A stretch of 64,000 nt of DNA. Origin: Candidatus Yanofskybacteria bacterium RIFCSPHIGHO2_01_FULL_41_21 (lineage in GTDB: Bacteria; Patescibacteriota; Minisyncoccia; 2-02-FULL-40-12; GWA2-44-9). Made by a program: the position numbers and the translations under genes. The notes beneath the pieces were generated by a model. The model saw only the letters and a list, made by a program, of their open reading frames with translations. It was not told the DNA's origin and searched no databases. Positions 16,313-25,870 of the stretch are shown here, piece after piece. Each line of letters starts with the position of its first letter. The first letter of the stretch is position 1. The stretch spans positions 358 through 64,357 of the forward strand of contig MGJA01000008.1 of the NCBI GenBank assembly GCA_001794025.1. The letters are read 5' to 3'.

Positions 16313-17638
16313 ACTTACATCAATAACGATTTAATAAATATTTCGGCGATTAATCTTGAAGTCGGAGATATTGTTCGGCCCGCCTCGGGTTCCCAAAGGT
16401 TCGTCGTTGCCACTCCGGCTGATGAAAATCAAGTTGCAGGCATTGTTACCGCTACGCCGGCCACTTCAGATAGCGTCTCAACTTCAATCGCTTTTTCGGG
16501 ACAGGCCATAGTAAAGGTCTCGGCGGAAAATGGCGCGATTAAAGTCGGTGATCGGCTGGCCTTAAGCGATAACCAGCCTGGTGTGGCCATAAAAGCCACC
16601 ACGGCCGGCATGACTATCGGTATCGCAATGGAAGACGCAATAGTAGATAGGGTTTTAACTCTTGTTAATGTCGGATATTGGGTGCCGAGTGTGGCGACTG
16701 TTACTGGAACAACTGCCAGTGGTTCGGGAACGGTTACGGTCTCTTCAAGCGGTTCACCGACTGATGTGTTGGCGACATTGGCGAATGCGGTCATGACTCG
16801 TGTTCAGTCAATTTGGGCATCGGGAGATATCATCAAAGAAGGCATAAGCAAAACGTATTTTGCAATTTCCAATTTACAATTATCAATTTCCAATTTTGGA
16901 ACCTCAATCTCTGAAGCAATTAGTAATTGGGGGACCAGAGATATTACTATTGCCAATACGGCGGATGATGCGACCAAGGCATTATTTACGGGCAATTCGG
17001 CGCAAGCGTCTGACCAGTCCAAAGTTGATTTAGCCGAGAATAATGAATATCTGACGACTTATGGCGTGGATTCAACAAGAGGGGAGATTCAACTTTCCGG
17101 TTCGTCGCAAATCGTCGCTGGCGAAGCCAGGGTTTATTTTGACTATTCTTTCTCCTCAATTATTTCCGACAAAGCGCCGATTAGAGTAATCGTAACCCCA
17201 ACCTCAATGATGCAAGGGCAGCTTTACACTGATTCCAAGTCACAATACGGTTTCGTAATTAAAGAATTGAATGCCCAAGATAACGGAACATTTGACTGGC
17301 TGGTGATTGCAAGACGAAAAGGTTTTGATACAGACATAATTTCCACCCCGACCCCGGATTCGACAAGCTCACCACAAGCAACACCGGCCACTGCTCCATC
17401 AACTGACCCTACCCCCACCCCGACTCCTGACGTAGCACCAACATCGGATGTTACTCCTACCCCAACCCCAACCCCTGATGCAGCACCAGTTACTGATGCA
17501 ACACCTGCGCCTACCCCAGAACCAACCCCAGATATAACTCCAGTTCCTGATACTACTCCGACACCTGTCCCAGACGCTACACCAGAACCGACACCATCAT
17601 CAATAACACCCGAAAGTACACCTACCCCAACCCCATAA
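16046..17638 (+). CDS. Split-intein C-half fused to a Peptidase_G2-like/cement-like domain, a beta domain and a Pro/Thr-rich tail
   Basis: WTKVSELRPG, WDEIVAV, VYDIEVEGTHNFIGNDIFAHN|T; VKVSAENGAIKVGD...PGVAIKAT..GMTIGIAME; PTPTP tail. Confidence 0.88.
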   Translation: MKKINNNKISASGRSKSGMSNLGTGTWTKVSELRPGMKIAVPKNEIGIGTDDVLWDEIVAVNHIGRERVYDIEVEGTHNFIGNDIFAHNTYINNDLINISAINLEVGDIVRPASGSQRFVVATPADENQVAGIVTATPATSDSVSTSIAFSGQAIVKVSAENGAIKVGDRLALSDNQPGVAIKATTAGMTIGIAMEDAIVDRVLTLVNVGYWVPSVATVTGTTASGSGTVTVSSSGSPTDVLATLANAVMTRVQSIWASGDIIKEGISKTYFAISNLQLSISNFGTSISEAISNWGTRDITIANTADDATKALFTGNSAQASDQSKVDLAENNEYLTTYGVDSTRGEIQLSGSSQIVAGEARVYFDYSFSSIISDKAPIRVIVTPTSMMQGQLYTDSKSQYGFVIKELNAQDNGTFDWLVIARRKGFDTDIISTPTPDSTSSPQATPATAPSTDPTPTPTPDVAPTSDVTPTPTPTPDAAPVTDATPAPTPEPTPDITPVPDTTPTPVPDATPEPTPSSITPESTPTPTP

Positions 17639-17656
17639 TTCAAAAACCACTTAACA

Positions 17657-17690
17657 GATTATTTCTTGTGCATATGCACAGTAAATAATC
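17657..17690. repeat. TGCATATGCA-core palindrome upstream of the PaaX-like gene
   Basis: GATTATTTCTTGTGCATATGCACAGTAAATAATC. Confidence 0.8.
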
Positions 17691-17708
17691 CGTGTTATAA
17701 TTTGTCAT

Positions 17709-18242
17709 ATGAAAAAACGCCAAGTTTTAGTAGCTATAATATCCGCGTTGGGAAAAACTTTTGAATCTATAGACGAAATGACTCCGAATCTTTTTAGAAG
17801 AGAATCAATGCATTACAAAGATCTTCGTCTTGCCGGTTATGATCCCAAAAAAATTTATAGATCTTTTAGAAATCTACATAGTCGCGGACTAGTTCATTTA
17901 GAAAAAGATAAATTTAAAATTACTAAAAAGGGTCAAAAATGGCTGACGAATTCTTATCAAAGGTATTTTCATTTCAATAAAATCGCCAAAGATAATAAAT
18001 GGCGAATTATTATTTTTGACATTCCTCAGGAACACAATAAAAGTCGCAACAAGTTGAGGAACAAATTAAAGTTATGGGGGTTTTATATGTTACAGCGTAG
18101 TGTTTTTGTTTGTCCCTATGAGTGTGAAGATGAATTGGCTAAATTATGCGAAAAATTAAACATTTCCGATTATATCGATATAATATTAGCTGATTCACCA
18201 GGATTTAGAACAAAAGAAATAAAGAAATACTTTGAATTATAA
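17709..18242 (+). CDS. PaaX-family protein (wHTH + Cas2-like ferredoxin fold)
   Basis: KITKKG, DNKWRIIIFDIPQ, RNKLRNKLKLWGFYMLQRSVFV. Confidence 0.85.
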   Translation: MKKRQVLVAIISALGKTFESIDEMTPNLFRRESMHYKDLRLAGYDPKKIYRSFRNLHSRGLVHLEKDKFKITKKGQKWLTNSYQRYFHFNKIAKDNKWRIIIFDIPQEHNKSRNKLRNKLKLWGFYMLQRSVFVCPYECEDELAKLCEKLNISDYIDIILADSPGFRTKEIKKYFEL

Positions 18243-18283
18243 AGTGATTATTCCTTGTGCATATGCACAAGGAATAATCACTT
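18242..18283. repeat. TGCATATGCA-core perfect palindrome downstream of the PaaX-like gene
   Basis: AAGTGATTATTCCTTGTGCATATGCACAAGGAATAATCACTT. Confidence 0.85.
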
Positions 18284-18422
18284 TTGATCAGTGTGAGCTG
18301 TGTATAATTGTACTTTCAATAATATTATAAAGGTAATATAATTAAGCCAATAATCAATGCTTGAGGGACCGCCCATCCGGAGATGAATGCACGGATAGGC
18401 GACTCTTTAAGTGTCTTTAGTG

Positions 18423-20861
18423 ATGGACATTAATCTCATGGATTCCGCATTTGAGGAATCGGTAGCAGGCGGATTCGACGAGCTCACCACAGGCGAGCAG
18501 GAAGCAGTATTAGCTATGGCGGGGACGAGTCACGAACAGGCAGTTAAAGGGGTTAAGGTCTATCAGACAATTGTCCGGTGGGCGTTGATGGTGGGCGTCT
18601 TTTTGATGCCTTTATTATTTTTGCCATGGACGACGAATGTTTTGGAAATGAACAAGGGCTTGCTGGTGTTGGCGGTGGCAGGGACGGGTTTGATTGCTTG
18701 GTTGTTGGCACTCGTCTCCAGTGGGCGGTTTGCGTGGCGTCCGAACGTGTTTGATAAAGGTGTTTTGGCTATTCTTGGCGCGACGGTGGTGGCGACGGTC
18801 TTTTCAATGTCACGATTTAACAGTTTGTTTGGCACCGCCAGTAATTTGGCGGGGTCATTGATGATAATTGCCGCTTTTTCTGTCATCTATTTCTTGATTG
18901 TAAATTCGGTTGAAGATGAAGGCCGAACATTGACGAACCTCATTACCGCTTCTTTGTCGCTGGTGTTTTTATTCGGTTTTCTGCAAATTGTCGGATTTCA
19001 TATATTTAAATATTTAAATATATCAGTATTAAAATTTGCCGACTCATCCGCATTCAATTCGGTCGGCTCCGTTAACGGGCTAGGGGTTCTGGCGGCTATC
19101 TGCCTGCCTTTATTGGGGGGAAGCAAACAAAAAGTTTCAATATTTAAATATTTAAATATTATTGGAACAGTTGTGGCAATTGCCATTCTTGTGGTTATCA
19201 ATTGGTGGGTTCTCTGGACGATTGCCATCGTTGGTATGGCTGGCTGGATTACCTTTGAAAGTTTAGTCAATCAAAAATTCTCTATTTCCAGATTTATCGT
19301 CCCAATGACAGTGATTGTTATTGGGGTCTTTTTGATGGTGGTTAATTTTAATCTTAGTGTAATTAAATCCGGTCTTCCGACGGAAATAGCGCCATCATTT
19401 GGATTGTCCAGTGAGGTAACTAAATCGGCTTTGAAAGAAAGTATGGCAACCGGCTATGGTCCGACCATGTTTTCTATGGCCTTTGATAAGTACGGCGCTT
19501 CTAAACTTATTGATTCCACACTTTCCAATGCTAAGTTTTTTGCGGGGACATCCGAGGTCTTTAATGCTGTCGTTGGCGGAGGATTAGTGATGGTTTTAGC
19601 GTTGTTAGTGATGGTTTGGGCGATGATTCAAGGCGTTATTCGTTTTATTCGTGACAAACAAGCGGTTCGTAGAACAAATGCTCAATATATTTGGACTACT
19701 TTGGTCGCGGTGGTGGCGGCTTTCTTGCTCTATCCGTTTAACATGACCTTGATGTTTATGGCCTATCTCGTTCTTGCTCTGGCCGTGTTGTCATTATGGG
19801 GAAACGTCTCTAAAGAATATGACGCCGAACATAACATTGCGGTTTCTTTGGCGTCTTCCCTCGGATTTATCGGCGGGTTGATTCTGGTTCTTGTCGGCGC
19901 CTTTTTCGGTATCTCGGCCTATATCGCCGATGCCCAATACGCCAAGGCCTTGACCGAACAGGATATTGATAAGGCCTCAGCGAATTTAGTTAGTGCCGTG
20001 AATTGGAACAACCAGAGCGATGCCTATTACCGTACCGCCTCCCAAGCGGCGTTGGGTCTTTTGAGTCAAGAATTAAACAAGAAAGCCGATCCGGCCGATA
20101 CCCAACAGACGGCGCGTATCCAGAACTATATGGGTTCGGCCATTAATCTCGCTAAGAAAGCCACAGAACTAGGCCCTCGCGAATCATTAAACTGGAATAA
20201 TCTCGGTAATATTTATCAAAACCTTCTTGGTCTGGTTGGGGGCGTGGATGCTCTTTCTGCCAGTGCTTATGAAAAAGCGTCAGAATTACGTCCCGGCGAT
20301 CCGACATTCTTTAATTCAATCGGCAATCTTTATCTCACCCAGTCCCAAATGTTGCGTCAAGCGGCATCCGGCAATAAGGACTCAGCCCAATTAATTCAAC
20401 AAGCCAACGAGTCACTTGTTTTAGCAGAAACAAATTTCAAGAAAGCCGTAGATATGTCGCCTAATTTTGGCTTGGCCATTTATAATTTAGGGATTGTCTA
20501 TGACCAGCAAAATAAACTTCCAGAAGCCATTAAACAATTGGAAAAAATAGCGCCGTTCAATAATGATCAACCCAATCTGTTATTCCAGTTAGGTTTGCTC
20601 TATTATCGTAATGATGAAAAAGACAAGGCCTTCAATACTTTACAACAAGTGTTGGTCTTGCAACCGAACTACTCTAATGCTCTTTGGTATCTGGCTTTGA
20701 TTTACGAAGAACGCAAAGATATTCCGAATGCCATTGTTCAAGTTAAAAAGATTCTCGCGATTGAAGCCAATAAAGATAATCAGACCGTCTTAGATAAACT
20801 TAGCCAACTTGAAGCGGGCCAAGTTCCACCAAACAAGGGTATCAATCAGGAACCAATCTAA
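18423..20861 (+). CDS. Polytopic membrane protein (O-antigen-ligase-like) with C-terminal TPRs
   Basis: About 12 TM helices, GYGPTMF, several TPRs; start uncertain (18411-18438). Confidence 0.8.
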   Translation: MDINLMDSAFEESVAGGFDELTTGEQEAVLAMAGTSHEQAVKGVKVYQTIVRWALMVGVFLMPLLFLPWTTNVLEMNKGLLVLAVAGTGLIAWLLALVSSGRFAWRPNVFDKGVLAILGATVVATVFSMSRFNSLFGTASNLAGSLMIIAAFSVIYFLIVNSVEDEGRTLTNLITASLSLVFLFGFLQIVGFHIFKYLNISVLKFADSSAFNSVGSVNGLGVLAAICLPLLGGSKQKVSIFKYLNIIGTVVAIAILVVINWWVLWTIAIVGMAGWITFESLVNQKFSISRFIVPMTVIVIGVFLMVVNFNLSVIKSGLPTEIAPSFGLSSEVTKSALKESMATGYGPTMFSMAFDKYGASKLIDSTLSNAKFFAGTSEVFNAVVGGGLVMVLALLVMVWAMIQGVIRFIRDKQAVRRTNAQYIWTTLVAVVAAFLLYPFNMTLMFMAYLVLALAVLSLWGNVSKEYDAEHNIAVSLASSLGFIGGLILVLVGAFFGISAYIADAQYAKALTEQDIDKASANLVSAVNWNNQSDAYYRTASQAALGLLSQELNKKADPADTQQTARIQNYMGSAINLAKKATELGPRESLNWNNLGNIYQNLLGLVGGVDALSASAYEKASELRPGDPTFFNSIGNLYLTQSQMLRQAASGNKDSAQLIQQANESLVLAETNFKKAVDMSPNFGLAIYNLGIVYDQQNKLPEAIKQLEKIAPFNNDQPNLLFQLGLLYYRNDEKDKAFNTLQQVLVLQPNYSNALWYLALIYEERKDIPNAIVQVKKILAIEANKDNQTVLDKLSQLEAGQVPPNKGINQEPI

Positions 20862-20940
20862 AATCAGGATATTAGGGATTAGGATTCTAGGAAGCTAGTA
20901 TAAAACTAAGCACCCTAGATTCCTATACACCTAGATTCCT
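20862..20940. repeat. Intergenic imperfect-palindrome repeat (near copy at 23019-23099)
   Basis: AATCAGGAT(A/G)TTAGGGATTAGGATTCTAGGAAGCTAG...CACCCTAGATTCCTA in both copies. Confidence 0.8.
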
Positions 20941-20946
20941 GCTCTG

Positions 20947-21969
20947 GTGTTGAAGTATCAAATTGATAGACAAAAGATCAATATCACAGTCACCGTTTTG
21001 GTGGCTGTGATGGTTTTATGGTTTGTTTGGGTTGTTTTTGTTCCGACGTCGGTAATGGGTACGGCCCAACAGATTCATATCGGTTCCGGTCAAGGGTTGA
21101 CTGATATTGCCAAGATACTCAAAGAGCGTGATTTAGTTCGTAGTGCGATAGTGTTTAAATTCTATGTGATTGGTTTGGGTTGGGAACGGAATCTTAAAGC
21201 GGGGGATTATACTATTTCAGCCGGTGCTACTCTTAATGACATTGCTGTTCAAATTGCGGGAGGCAATGGAGTGTCAACCGATATAGAGGTCTTTATCCCC
21301 GAGGGCTCAAATATTTGGGAAATTGATAAACGGCTCACGGACGTAGGGCTTATTAAAGAAGGCGAATTTGCGTCGGCGTATGGTTCGCGAGAAGGATATC
21401 TGTTTCCCGATACTTATAGATTTCGGCCGGATAGTTTACTTGGAGAAATTGAGCAAAAAATGGAGTTAAACGGTCAAGAAAAAACCAAGGAATTAATCGG
21501 GGGATTGACTGCGCCGGCCCGTGATAGAATTATAACCATTGCATCTATTATTGAAAAAGAAGCCCGCACCAAATCCGATATGTATTTGGTATCAGGGGTT
21601 ATTGCAAACCGCACTGAATTGGGAATGCCACTGGAAATTGACGCCACGGTTGCTTACGGAGCATGCCTTAACAATTTTCAATTATCAATTTCCAATTTTC
21701 AAAAATCTGAAAAAGAGATAAAAGATTGTGATGTTACTCAAATCGGGGTTGGTAAGGAGATTAAAATTGATTCACCCTATAATACTTACACCCGGTCCGG
21801 TTTACCGATCCGACCAATCTCTAATCCCGGGCTTAATTCTATTGAAACCGCCCTTAATCCTAAAGGGGACTACTTTTATTATCTCTCCACTCGTGACGGC
21901 AGTCAGATTATTTTTTCTAAAACAGGGGTTGAACATACTCAAAATAGGCGTAAGTACTTAGGGTTGTAA
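20947..21969 (+). CDS. mltG: Endolytic transglycosylase MltG
   Basis: EGYLFPDTY, ASIIEKE, SPYNTY..GLP..PISNPG. Confidence 0.93.
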   Translation: MLKYQIDRQKINITVTVLVAVMVLWFVWVVFVPTSVMGTAQQIHIGSGQGLTDIAKILKERDLVRSAIVFKFYVIGLGWERNLKAGDYTISAGATLNDIAVQIAGGNGVSTDIEVFIPEGSNIWEIDKRLTDVGLIKEGEFASAYGSREGYLFPDTYRFRPDSLLGEIEQKMELNGQEKTKELIGGLTAPARDRIITIASIIEKEARTKSDMYLVSGVIANRTELGMPLEIDATVAYGACLNNFQLSISNFQKSEKEIKDCDVTQIGVGKEIKIDSPYNTYTRSGLPIRPISNPGLNSIETALNPKGDYFYYLSTRDGSQIIFSKTGVEHTQNRRKYLGL

Positions 21970-22012
21970 TATCCACTTGCCTTGAGCAGAATTAATTACT
22001 AAGATTACCAAT

Positions 22013-22333
22013 ATGACAAAAACAAAAAGACCAATGAGTATAGAGGATCTTTCGCTTAATATTAATAAGCGCTTTGATTTTGTTGATAAACGTTTTGATT
22101 CAGTAGATAAGTGTCTTGGCTCAGTTGATAAACGTCTTAATAGTATTCAAAAAGAGATCAATTTTTTAGCCAGTTCTTCGGCTAGAGAATTTAAAGACAT
22201 ATCTCACAGGTTTGATTTGCTTGAAATAAGCGTAGCTGGAATCAAGAAGGTTATAATCAACGGCAGATTTGATAAAAGAATGGAACAATTAGAAAGGGAT
22301 ATGGATAAAGTTAAACAAGCCCTTGCTTTGTAG
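22013..22333 (+). CDS. Small coiled-coil protein with heptad repeats
   Basis: RFDFVDK RFDSVDK CLGSVDK; upstream promoter-like TTG...TAAGAT. Confidence 0.7.
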   Translation: MTKTKRPMSIEDLSLNINKRFDFVDKRFDSVDKCLGSVDKRLNSIQKEINFLASSSAREFKDISHRFDLLEISVAGIKKVIINGRFDKRMEQLERDMDKVKQALAL

Positions 22334-22359
22334 GACTTAGTTTGTTACTATACTAAGAT

Positions 22360-22468
22360 AACCGTAGAGACAGCGTCCAGCCCGACAGAGGGCAGTAAGT
22401 GGCGCCGAATGGGAATAAAACTCTCGTTTTGTTTGGTCGAACTACTACGGATAATGGTAGTTTTTTGT
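22360..22468 (+). promoter_or_regulatory. Probable L10 leader (autoregulatory RNA)
   Basis: CCGTAG...AGACAG...CTACGG pairing directly upstream of rplJ; position typical of the L10 leader. Confidence 0.5.
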
Positions 22469-22480
22469 TAAATATACACA

Positions 22481-23020
22481 ATGAAAAGCAGAACACAAAA
22501 AAAGGAAGAACTGAAATCGTTGCAGAGTAAACTCCCGAATTCGCAAATTACGGTTTTTACGTCATTTGCTCGCACTGGCGAAAAAGGTTTGTCGGTGGCT
22601 CAAATGACTCAGTTAAAACGTCTTTTACGGGAAATTAAATCAGAGTATGTTGTCACTAAGAAGACATTGGTGGAAATGGCGACCAAGGATATGTCGGGGG
22701 ATGCCGTGGTTGATGTCTATAGTATGGTTGGCTCACTTGGACTCGTTGTCGGTCCGGTTAAAGATAAGAACGGAGTAAACAGTGAGGAATCATATGGTAT
22801 CGCCAAGAAGGTCTATGACTTTGCCAAGAAAAATCCGGCATTGCAGTTTTTTGGGGCATTCGTGGACGGTATGTTTATTTCCAAAGAACAATTTCTTGAA
22901 ATGGCCAAGATGCCTTCCAGAGAAGTTCTTATTGGTCGTTTATTGGGAATGATGCGTTACCCGTTATCAGGTCTAGCGATAGTTCTTAATCAAGTTAGTA
23001 AACAAAAGGAAACGGTATAA
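22481..23020 (+). CDS. rplJ: 50S ribosomal protein uL10
   Basis: GLSVAQMTQLKR, VTKKTL, AKMPSREVL; upstream of rplL. Confidence 0.93.
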   Translation: MKSRTQKKEELKSLQSKLPNSQITVFTSFARTGEKGLSVAQMTQLKRLLREIKSEYVVTKKTLVEMATKDMSGDAVVDVYSMVGSLGLVVGPVKDKNGVNSEESYGIAKKVYDFAKKNPALQFFGAFVDGMFISKEQFLEMAKMPSREVLIGRLLGMMRYPLSGLAIVLNQVSKQKETV

Positions 23021-23103
23021 TCAGGATGTTAGGGATTAGGATTCTAGGAAGCTAGCATGAAACTAAGCACCCTAGATTCCTAGATACCTAAATTCCTAGA
23101 AAT

Positions 23104-23478
23104 ATGGATAAAAATCAATTTATTGAGTCAATAGAAAAGATGTCTGTGGCCGAGTTGAATGACTTGGTGAAGGCATTAGAAGAGAAGTTTGGTGTATCGG
23201 CTGCTTCGTTTGCTGCATCTGCTGGCCCAGCCCTTGCCGGGGAAGGCGCCGAAGCTGGTGAGGAGAAAGATAGTTTCACGGTCGTCTTGAAAGACGCCGG
23301 ATCCGCAAAGATCCAAGTTATCAAAGCCCTTCGTGAAATTACTGGTCTAGGCCTCAAAGAAGCCAAGGAAATGACTGATAAGCCCGGTTCAACAGTTAAA
23401 GAGGGCGTCAAGAAATCCGAAGCCGACGAAATGAAGAAAAAGATTGAAGAGGCGGGTGGAACTGTAGAACTCAAGTAA
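23104..23478 (+). CDS. rplL: 50S ribosomal protein bL12
   Basis: [29 protein letters not shown]. Confidence 0.97.
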   Translation: MDKNQFIESIEKMSVAELNDLVKALEEKFGVSAASFAASAGPALAGEGAEAGEEKDSFTVVLKDAGSAKIQVIKALREITGLGLKEAKEMTDKPGSTVKEGVKKSEADEMKKKIEEAGGTVELK

Positions 23479-23487
23479 GTTTTATAC

Positions 23488-23520
23488 AAAAACCGGTCCC
23501 GTTTAGTGGGACCGGTTTTT
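23488..23520. terminator. Bidirectional terminator
   Basis: AAAAACCGGTCCC-GTTTAGT-GGGACCGGTTTTT. Confidence 0.8.
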
Positions 23521-23538
23521 GGTTTGTTAATTTAAGAA

Positions 23539-25611
23539 TTAGTTTACTTTCCAGATTTTGTTGCCGGAGAGGATATAGATAGTGCCGTCGGAGGAAAGGG
23601 TGGCACTGGAGATTGGTTGAGCAGAATTAATTTTTAATGTTTTTGAGACGACGCCGGAATCTTTGGCAAAAATGTATATTCTACCGGTAGAAGCATTTAC
23701 AAGATACAAATTCGGCGAATCAGTGGTAGTAAGAAGCATACTGCCCGAATCAGGCGAGATTACGGTTTTGACGTCGGTTACTTTTTTGCCCTTGTAGTAT
23801 TTAGTTAAAACGCCGTCTGAAGAAAGAATATAAATATCACCATCAACCGCAATGAGCGAAGCATTGTTGACTAAAGTCGTGCCAGAGGCGAGCCAAGGTT
23901 GAACATCGGTCTTGCCGAGGGCGACATCAGTTATTTTAATAATACTCGTGGACGTTAAGCCGTAAAGATTATCCTGATAGACCTCAAGATTGACAAGCGT
24001 ATCACTTGAGAATTCCTTGGTGGTTAAAGCGGACTTGCTTATTGAAAAAGAAGTGACTTTTTTAGCATTGGCATCAATCAAAGCAATGTAAGCATCGCTA
24101 CTGAATATGGCTGAAGGGGAGATATCTTTGATTTGAGTAGTGCCGGCAACAGTCCCATCGGCAGAAATTTTTAACAAAGAATTAGAGTCCCCGCTCGACT
24201 GAACGCCATCAGTCGTTTGGGCGGGCTTTCCTTCCAGATAGGCATAAAAATTGGTTCCGGAAGAAGTAATAAGTTTAGCCGTACCGGAGTCCGCAGGAAT
24301 ATCAATCGGGGAAGTTAATGTCGCATCAATGGCATTGTCCATACTATCAAGAGCGAGCATCAATTGATTTTTGGTCTCATCGGCCTTCTTAGAGGAGCCG
24401 TTAGTTGATTCACTTTGACTGATACTGGCCAAGGAGCTGATTAATAATCCACGGGCACCTATAAAATCACTTTGACTTAATTTATCTTGGGCGAGTTTAA
24501 GATTGGTTTGAGCTTCAGTGATAACAGCATTGAGTTGACGAGTCGTTGCATCTACAAATACAAATGACTTGAGTGAGAAAACAGTTATTAAAATAATAAC
24601 AGCGACACCTCCCATTGCATATGCTTTTCTTTTGGGTGAAGTATTCATGTTTTTAAATCGGCGAAAATGTTTAGAAAAAATGAGTTCTCTTTTTCCACGC
24701 GCAAATTCGCTGGGGATAATTTTCGGTATAGCCGGTTCAGGAGAGAGCTTAACGACGGTTCTGGCTACGGGGGCAGGATCTTTTTCCTGTGTCGTATCTT
24801 CTTTCTTGGACTCAGTATTAGCAAGTTGAACTGCCGGCGTCAAGTCGTCAGTGGTCTCTTCTTCAACCGGTTCCTGCTGAAGTTCTTTGGGTTGGGGTTG
24901 GGCCTGACGACCGACAAGCAGGGGTTCAGTGAATTTTTGAATGTCTATATGAAGAGCAGCGCAAGCAAATTCGGGCTTGGTCTCTTTAATAGCCATCAAT
25001 TGAGCGGTAAATTCGTCTTGAGTTGTCTTAAGAAAGTTATCCTTTATGTATTTTTCTCGGGCAGTGGTACTGCGACTTGGGTAAAAAGCAAGAATGTGGT
25101 CACCCTCAATAATTTTCCCGGAGATGATATTAGAAAATTCTTTTTCTTCAATTGTTTCTTTATTGAATAATTGAATATTATTGAGGATGTCTATATTTTT
25201 ACCTTCACGAGCGAGAATTATTTTGAACTTGCCGAGTTTAGAAATATGGATTTGGTCATTGGCAATCGCGAAAATACCGATGTTGATTTTGGTCTCCTTG
25301 TTTTTGAAAAATTCTTCAACGACTCCGTTGATTTTTTTAAGGGCGCCGGAGAAAGCATCCTTGGGACTTGCGTCAGGATTGGAATAATATTCACGTTTGG
25401 CGAGGGAAGCGACGAGATTTAAAACATAACCAACATCAATATCATCCGAATTTTCAATGGTTCGGCCTTGAATATTTCCGATAACAAAAAGATTTCCGAG
25501 GGCTTGGCTATTAGTGTTGTTGTCATAGGAGAACAAATCAACCGGACCTTCTTTGGCGTTACCCTTAATGAGGATCTCTTTTGCGACCGGATTGATGAAT
25601 ACTTTTTCCAT
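23539..25611 (-). CDS. Membrane protein: degenerate PP2C-like N-domain, TM helix, NHL/beta-propeller-like C-domain
   Basis: LGNLFVIG, ALKKIN, central TM, IAVDGDIYIL-type repeats. Confidence 0.7.
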   Translation of the reverse strand: MEKVFINPVAKEILIKGNAKEGPVDLFSYDNNTNSQALGNLFVIGNIQGRTIENSDDIDVGYVLNLVASLAKREYYSNPDASPKDAFSGALKKINGVVEEFFKNKETKINIGIFAIANDQIHISKLGKFKIILAREGKNIDILNNIQLFNKETIEEKEFSNIISGKIIEGDHILAFYPSRSTTAREKYIKDNFLKTTQDEFTAQLMAIKETKPEFACAALHIDIQKFTEPLLVGRQAQPQPKELQQEPVEEETTDDLTPAVQLANTESKKEDTTQEKDPAPVARTVVKLSPEPAIPKIIPSEFARGKRELIFSKHFRRFKNMNTSPKRKAYAMGGVAVIILITVFSLKSFVFVDATTRQLNAVITEAQTNLKLAQDKLSQSDFIGARGLLISSLASISQSESTNGSSKKADETKNQLMLALDSMDNAIDATLTSPIDIPADSGTAKLITSSGTNFYAYLEGKPAQTTDGVQSSGDSNSLLKISADGTVAGTTQIKDISPSAIFSSDAYIALIDANAKKVTSFSISKSALTTKEFSSDTLVNLEVYQDNLYGLTSTSIIKITDVALGKTDVQPWLASGTTLVNNASLIAVDGDIYILSSDGVLTKYYKGKKVTDVKTVISPDSGSMLLTTTDSPNLYLVNASTGRIYIFAKDSGVVSKTLKINSAQPISSATLSSDGTIYILSGNKIWKVN

Positions 25612-25673
25612 TGAGTTGCTATTTAAACCGAATTCAAGTATCTTATTGTCATTCTAAGTTAATTCAACCCTAA

Positions 25674-25868
25674 ATGTCAAAGCCAATACTTGATAACCTT
25701 TTCGGGTCAAAAGTCAGGGTTAAGATTCTTAAGTTTCTTTACCGTAATTATCCCGCCGATTTTAGTGTTCGGGAGATTGCGCAACGTATCCAAGAGAAAC
25801 CTCAAATAATAAAAGAGGAGTTAGTATTATTGAAACAAATTACAATTGTTAGACAAAACAGAAAATAG
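25674..25868 (+). CDS. Winged-HTH protein (N-part of a possibly split gene)
   Basis: LFGSKVRVKILKFL...FSVREIAQRI. Confidence 0.7.
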   Translation: MSKPILDNLFGSKVRVKILKFLYRNYPADFSVREIAQRIQEKPQIIKEELVLLKQITIVRQNRK

Positions 25869-25870
25869 AT

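Noticed and set aside
7032-17638. Diversity-generating retroelement
   Set aside because: An Avd-like gene is present, but there is no reverse transcriptase and no TR/VR pair differing only at adenines.
17709-18242. CRISPR Cas2
   Set aside because: wHTH plus a DIP-motif domain fits the PaaX family; no CRISPR context.
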